Assembly: GCF_006345805.1 (NCBI RefSeq)
Contig: NC_043000.1
Coordinates: 86,490,001-86,554,000, forward strand
Source: Octopus sinensis
Lineage: Eukaryota
DNA length: 64,000 nucleotides
Direction: 5' to 3'
The position numbers and the translations under genes were made by a program. This document shows, one piece after another, positions 57,490 through 64,000 of this stretch (the stretch's first letter is position 1; each line of letters begins with the position of its first letter). Below the pieces are notes generated by a model. That model was not told where the DNA came from and searched no databases. It saw only the letters and a program-made list of their open reading frames with translations.

Positions 57490-58420
57490 TTTCTTTCTGA
57501 GCTTTTTATCTTCACAAGGTTTACTTTTATAGCTCTTGCTTCTAAGCGCTCATTCCATTTTTGGGAGTGTTCCTCTAATTCTTTAACTGATGCAGTAATG
57601 AGAATTTGGTTATCGATATACAGGCGTTTCCATGAACAGCCAATTTTGAGCCCCTCTATTGTGTCTTGGCAAACTTTAACAGAAGACTGAGAATCATGTC
57701 CTTATAGATACATAGCAGCAAGCTAAATTTCTTGTTGAATTCATTGCTAACCCTCACATTGTTGACATTACTCCTGTGGACGCCTTGTTATTTTCTTAGT
57801 AATAATTAGTAATAACCAAACTATAGATTGTAGAACCTGGCCAAAAGACTTCTCCAGGTCAATGGACATTAAGTATAGTGGCTTTTGCTTTTGCTAAGAA
57901 CTCTTATAGTTGTTTTATTAAGAAGAGGACATCAGTGGAATGCTTTCTAAGGTAGATTTCTTTCCATTTAGTTGTACTATTATTACTCTTACTAGTTTTA
58001 TCACGTGATATATCAAAAATGATACCTCTGTGATTGCTTCTTTGAGAACATATTTACTCTTGTAGCAGTGACATGGATATTACTTATTCTGGTCATGGAA
58101 TAAGCAATATCCTTGTCATTGTCCTCACACCTCCTTGTATTACCTGACTAACTATGTGAGTACCTACCACATGTCCTTTTTCATTAAATATTTTTAGCAA
58201 CTAAACTAACAATCCTGATAGGCCAACTTTTATTTACTACATCTGTAACTTTAATTGCACTTTCAGCAGTATAGCACTCAAAAGCTGGTTCCTATGTTGG
58301 GTCTACTTATGGTAATCATTCTCTCTCCCATGTATTTTTCTCGCTCAGCAACATCTAATAGTAGCATCTCCATGCCTGCTTCTTCTCAGACTCAATGAGG
58401 ATTAGTATGCTACTGTTACT
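57490..58420 (-). mobile_element. Old RTE LINE relic (RT core and endonuclease remnants)
   Basis: IGCSWKRLYIDNQILITASVKELEEHSQKWNERLEARAIKVNLVKIK resembles GCPWELLYADDLVL...WK..LE..GL.VN..KTK. Confidence 0.7.
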
Positions 58421-58573
58421 CCCTCAAGAACCTGATTAACATTGCGGACCATGACCATGTGGTAAAAAGTATGCTTCCCAACCACAGGGTTCAGCCTCAC
58501 TGCATGACACCTTGGGCAAGAGTCCAGCGCCATATGAGTGGATGTGGTAGACGGAAACTGAAAGGAGCCTGTC

Positions 58574-58637
<64 letters not shown>

Positions 58638-59432
58638 CATCTCACTACTTCTTGACAACCAGTGTTGGCTTGTTTACATCCCTATAACTTAGTGGTTTGG
58701 CATAAGAGACTGATAGAATAAGTACCAGGCTTTAAAAAAATTAAATAGTGGGTTCAATTATCCAATTAAAACCCTTCAAGGTGGTGCCCTGGCATGGCCA
58801 CCCTTCAATGACTGAAACAAGTTAAAGAGAATATAAACACATTCAAAAGATCCAACAGTTTGATTGGTTACAGAAACAGTATGCATACAAGAAATAGAAT
58901 GAGTAAAATAAAACTTTTACAGCCATTATCCACATGCACCAAAGTAATATATGAATTAGAATCAAATAAGATTGAAGTAAACTTAAAGGCAACAAAATTG
59001 ACTACCACCACACACCACAAATCATAAACATGCATAGAAACTACACACATGCAAGCATACATGGAAACAAATAGTAGTATAATTCTTGCTTGAGAACATG
59101 TGTGTGTATGTGTATCATCATCACAATCATCATTTTATATGTGTTTTATATGTTCGTGCTGCATTTGTTTCACCTTCAACCACAGTCCTTTGTCATCTGG
59201 CACGTAACAACAAATAAAAATGGGTCAATTCAGTTGTTTCATATAATGTACAAGATGTACTAGGGACATTTTACCAAGATCTGTCACTAGAAGGGTTGTC
59301 AGCAGTTAGACTAAAATGTTCCCTCAACCTCAGAGCTATCTCTTTTCTAAATAATAGCTTGTTGTGTGACTTATGGAGGCCTTGGTCCCTTCATACATTA
59401 CAATTTTGTGTGCATAGCTACAGTAATATGTT

Positions 59433-59647
59433 TTGGGTTGTCCGGAAAATTTGTGCCGATTTATAGTAGCTTACCTTTTGACTTACCCTCCCAGGCACCT
59501 CAGTTCTGGGAAGAAGGTATTTGCAAGTTAAAGGAAAGATTGTGCAACAAAATGGTTCATATTTGGTTGATTAAAAATGTAATGGCAAATATTTATTGAC
59601 CTTTTTCTTTCCTTTAAAATTCGGCACAAACTTTCCAGACAACCCAA
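59433..59647 (+). mobile_element. 215-bp internally deleted mariner (MITE)
   Basis: TIRs TTGGGTTGTCCGGAAAATTTGTGCCGA / TCGGCACAAACTTTCCAGACAACCCAA|TA. Retains the transposase C-terminal FWEEGICKLKER. Confidence 0.85.
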
Positions 59648-60690
59648 TATATACATATACATATTGTGCATGGCCACAGGCAAATGACAAAAACTAGTAC
59701 AAGAATATATTATGCATAAATGTATGCATATATCTTGTATGTATGTATGGATGGATGGATGGGTGGGCTAGTGTGTGGATGAATGGATAGGAATCCATAA
59801 AGATTCTTTTTTTTTTCCTGATATAAAAGCAATACTTCTTTATTTCTTTATGATAAACAAGGTGCCAAAGCCTCCATTGTGTTTTTTATAGATTACATTT
59901 ATTTTCAGATAAGCAAAAGAATTTTCTGGAAGCAGGAATCAATTAGTCAATATTTGTTCTATTCAAATGTGATGATTAGATTCAATAACAATGTTTTCTA
60001 ATCAGATGCATCCATCAGTGGGTGATTAATACTAATTACTTCAAACAGAGAACTCTAGTTAAAAAGGAGCTTAATACTTCAAGTTAATGAAACACACATC
60101 AATTATTCTTATAGCTTCTAACGTTTCTACCTCTAGGCGATACATTTCTATAACAACAATTATACAGCTAGGAACTAGAGTCAACAATAGTTAATTAATA
60201 TTCTTGACCAGGAGTATATCACAATGCCAGCCTATGAACTTAATGAATTACAGACCCTTTGGGCAGTGGGAATGCTAAATGAAACAAAGAGGAAATAATA
60301 TTTACAGTTTTCCTAAGACATAGGAAATAGCTTTTGTCTTTAAAGGATTACAGGCACTGAGTATATTTAGATTGTATGGTTTACATTAGGATCAATACAT
60401 GTATTTTGTTTAACATTTGTTTAATTATATACACACACATGGATGTTTGTACCTTTTATCTTCTATCTTTTAATTGTTTTAGTCATTAGACTGCGGCCAT
60501 GCTGGGGCATCACCTTGAAGAGATTTTAGTCAAAAAAATTGATCCCAGTACTTATTTTTTGTTAAGCCTGGTACTTATTCTATCGGTCACTTTTTGCCAA
60601 ACTGCTAAGTTATGGGGCCATAAACACACCAACACCAGTTGTCAAGCGGTGATGGGGGACAAACACAGACATGAAGACACAAACACATAG

Positions 60691-60753
<63 letters not shown>

Positions 60754-61406
60754 CATATATACGAGGGGCTTCTTTTAGTTCTGTTTACCAAATCCACTCA
60801 CAAGGATTTGGTTGGCCCGAGGCTATGGTAGAAGTCACTTACCTAAGGTGTCACACTTTGGGACTGAACCTGGAACCATGTGGTTAGGAAGCAAGCTTTT
60901 TACCACACAGCCATGCCTGTGCCTTTAAATATATACATTTACATATATATATACATATATATATATATTTGTGTGGTTGTATGTCTTTCTCTTTTGTCCC
61001 CATACTGTTTGACAGCCTGTATTAGTTTGTTACATCCCCATAACTTAGTAGAACTGCAGAAGAGGCTAAAAAAATATGTAACAGTGATAAAAATATGTAC
61101 TTGGGTAGATTTGTTCAACTAACCCGACAAGGCAGTGCTCTAGTATGGCTGCAGTCCAATGATTGAAGCCAGTGAAAAAGTAAATCCCTAAGTCTGTCCA
61201 CTCTAGACATTTATCTGTTCTTTGCAATTGATCCCAGTATCTAGACATTTATCTGTTCTTTGCAACTTTGTCTCTGTACTTGCCAGTATCAATGCTGTAT
61301 GAATTAATGATCAATTGCCGGCTTCTTTTTCCATCAATACTGCAGAGTTTTCTGAAACTGATACCTCCACTAACGCAGCTTCCTCAGATTTTAAGAATAC
61401 ATATGT

Positions 61407-61437
<31 letters not shown>

Positions 61438-61487
61438 TGTGTGTGTATGCATGCATGTATGTATAAGTGTGTATATATGTATACACT

Positions 61488-61522
<35 letters not shown>

Positions 61523-61664
61523 TATATATATATGCATATATTTATATACGTAGTTATATATATATATGTACAGACATACATATATATATATAGATACACA
61601 TAAATATATACATACATATATATATACATTCATACATGCATGCTTGCATGCATGCATGCATACA

Positions 61665-61697
<33 letters not shown>

Positions 61698-62631
61698 TTG
61701 TATGTATGTATGGATGTATGTATGCATGAAGTCTATATATTTGCCTCTCTCTCAAGCTGGACTCAAGAATCATGTATGTCAACATAACCCTGTTGAAAAG
61801 ACTGAAGCAAACAGCTAAAAAAAGCAAAAAAAGCAGACTCATGGAATCATAATGCAGCTTCTATGTGAGGTTTGTCTTCACTTTTTCTCTTTGGCAATTA
61901 CTTGGAATATGGTGGTAAAGTGCTGCAAAAGTTCATACTTAATCAATACTATCAGATCTTATATTTCTTAATGCTAGCAGCCATTACTAAAACTCTTCAG
62001 GGTTGTAAGTTAGTTTGTAGCACAATTTTTAATGTAAAGAGGAAAAAAAAAGACTTATAATAAAACAACTCAACAAAACAAAAGTTGCATATAATTTATG
62101 TTCACATTCATCAATGTCTAATAAATGTCGACTTGAAGTTTCACTCCTAATTCTAATCTTTTCATCATTACCATTAACATCATCATCATCACAACCACCA
62201 CTATCACCACCACCATCACTATTGTCATCACCACCACCACTATCCATCATCATCATCATCTACAAAACTACTACAGCTGCAGCTTCCACCACAGTCATTG
62301 CTTCCTTTTTTAGTTTCTGCCTAACAGATCCACTCATAAGGCTTTTGTTGACCTGGGGTTATAGTGGAAAATATTTACCAAAGGTAAACCACATGGTTGG
62401 GAAGTAAGAGCCATGCCTGCACCTATGTATAAATCTTACATATAATGTCTGTCCTGTCAGTCACACTGGTAGATGGAAACAATAAACAGAGAGTGAGTGA
62501 CAGTCAGAGATGCTAAATGCAGGCAAACTGTAGTAAAAGGTTTGCTCTGAAGTTGCTGGTATTTTAATCAAAATAAATCTGCAAATTTTTATCATACACT
62601 GTATTTAGTTTATCAGTTTCACACACACAAG

Positions 62632-62665
<34 letters not shown>

Positions 62666-62667
<2 letters not shown>

Positions 62668-62970
62668 GAAGCGCAATGGGTCAGTGGTTAGGGCAGCGGA
62701 CTCACAGTTGTAGGATTGCAGTTTCGATTCCCAGACTGGGCGTTATGAGTGCTTATTGAGCGAAAACACCCAAAGCTCCACACGGCTCCGGCAGGAGGTG
62801 GTGGCGATCCCTGCTGTACTCTTTTGCCACAACTTTCTCTCACTCTTTCTTCTATTGGCCTGCTCACTTAGCCTATGTGGTGGCGTCATTTGAAGGCTAA
62901 AAAACAATGCGAAGTGCATTGTGATCAGCGATGTGTAGTAACATGTGATAGCCTGGTCGGTCACGGTGAT
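62666..62970 (+). mobile_element. SINE family C copy
   Basis: Reverse-complement match to 33693-34004. Flanked by (TA)n. Confidence 0.85.
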
Positions 62971-62995
62971 ATATATATATATATATATACTTTAT

Positions 62996-63031
<36 letters not shown>

Positions 63032-63737
63032 GATATATATATATATACTTTATATATATATACTTTATATATATATATACTTTATTTATATATATACTTT
63101 ATTTATATATATACTTTATATATATATATATATATAATATATATATATACTTATGTATATATATATATATATACTTATATATACATATATACTAGGCACA
63201 GGCGTGGCTGTGTGGTAAGAAGCTTGCTTCCCAAGCACATGGTTCTGGGTCCAGTTCCACTGTGTGGCACTATGGGCAAGTGTCTTCTACTATAGCCTCA
63301 GGCTGACCAAAGCCTTGTGAGTGGTACTTGGCTGCAAATCTAAAATATCCAATGAGATTTACAGTGGTTGTGAGGCAAGGTAGAAATCCCATAGTTGTAT
63401 GAATGTTGTTTTCTGATCAGCGTTAATTCAGCAACGTTTTGTCGTCTGGACTAACAACTGATGTGTTTAAATCTCGATATCTTCTCAGGAACTGATTATT
63501 GTCTTTCAAAACTTGCACTTCACCACTGGGTCACATGTATCCTTCTTGACCAGCAGTGGTTGGATGTTTTGGGCATAGCACGACCATGCTATGCCACCAC
63601 AACAAAATAGTGGTAGCATGTCTTGCTAGATGTTCAAACAGACCAGATCCAGTCAGTCACACCTATCTTACAATGTCATTCTGAAACTAAACAATTATAT
63701 TATTGAAATATTGAAGCTAGAAGATAACTCAAGACAA

Positions 63738-64000
63738 TCATCATCATCATCATCATCATCGTTTAACGTCCGCTTTCCGCGCTAGCACGGGTTGGACGGT
63801 TCGACCGGGTCTGGGAAGCCAGGGGCCGCTCCAGGCTCCAGTCTGAATCTGGCAGAGTTTCTACGGCTGGATGCCCTTCCTAACGCCAACCACTCCGTGA
63901 GTGGATTGGGTGCTTTTTACGTGCCACCTGCACAGGGGCCGGAGGGTCCGGCATCGTCACGATTGGTTCGAGCATTTTAACGTGTCAGCGGCACGGGGGC
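63738..64000 (-). mobile_element. Young RTE 3'-tail element that runs off the window
   Basis: (CAT)n followed by GTTTAACGTCCGCTTTCC...GGATGCCCTTCCTAACGCCAACCAC. CpG-rich, so probably recent. Confidence 0.85.

Overview
AT-rich, repeat-dense eukaryotic DNA. The SINE families, (GAT)n-tailed RTE elements and very long TA/TG/TAA microsatellites look like a coleoid cephalopod, probably Octopus (inferred from pattern recognition, not a database match). No intact protein-coding gene, rRNA, true tRNA or CRISPR array is supported, and almost all listed ORFs are microsatellite or repeat artefacts. The window is intronic or intergenic and holds decayed transposons: a head-to-head pair of Helitron 5' ends plus a composite Helitron with a Pif1-helicase relic (474-3190), RTE, R4/Dong-like, CRE-like and CR1-like LINE fragments, a full-length dead mariner (45755-46999), Tc1/mariner fragments, TTAA-flanked MITEs and at least four tRNA-type SINE families. 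The most unusual structures are a six-copy ~300-350 bp array built from an RTE 3' UTR with a single intact tail (7196-9455), a perfect 73-bp-arm palindrome (37455-37602), a 13-bp minisatellite repeating CAG|GTAA (42337-42698), Penelope-like repeats with decayed hammerhead-like motifs, and one strong isolated splice acceptor with a candidate exon (11093). I found no convincing novel protein-coding system. All comparisons were made by eye and boundaries of decayed elements are approximate.
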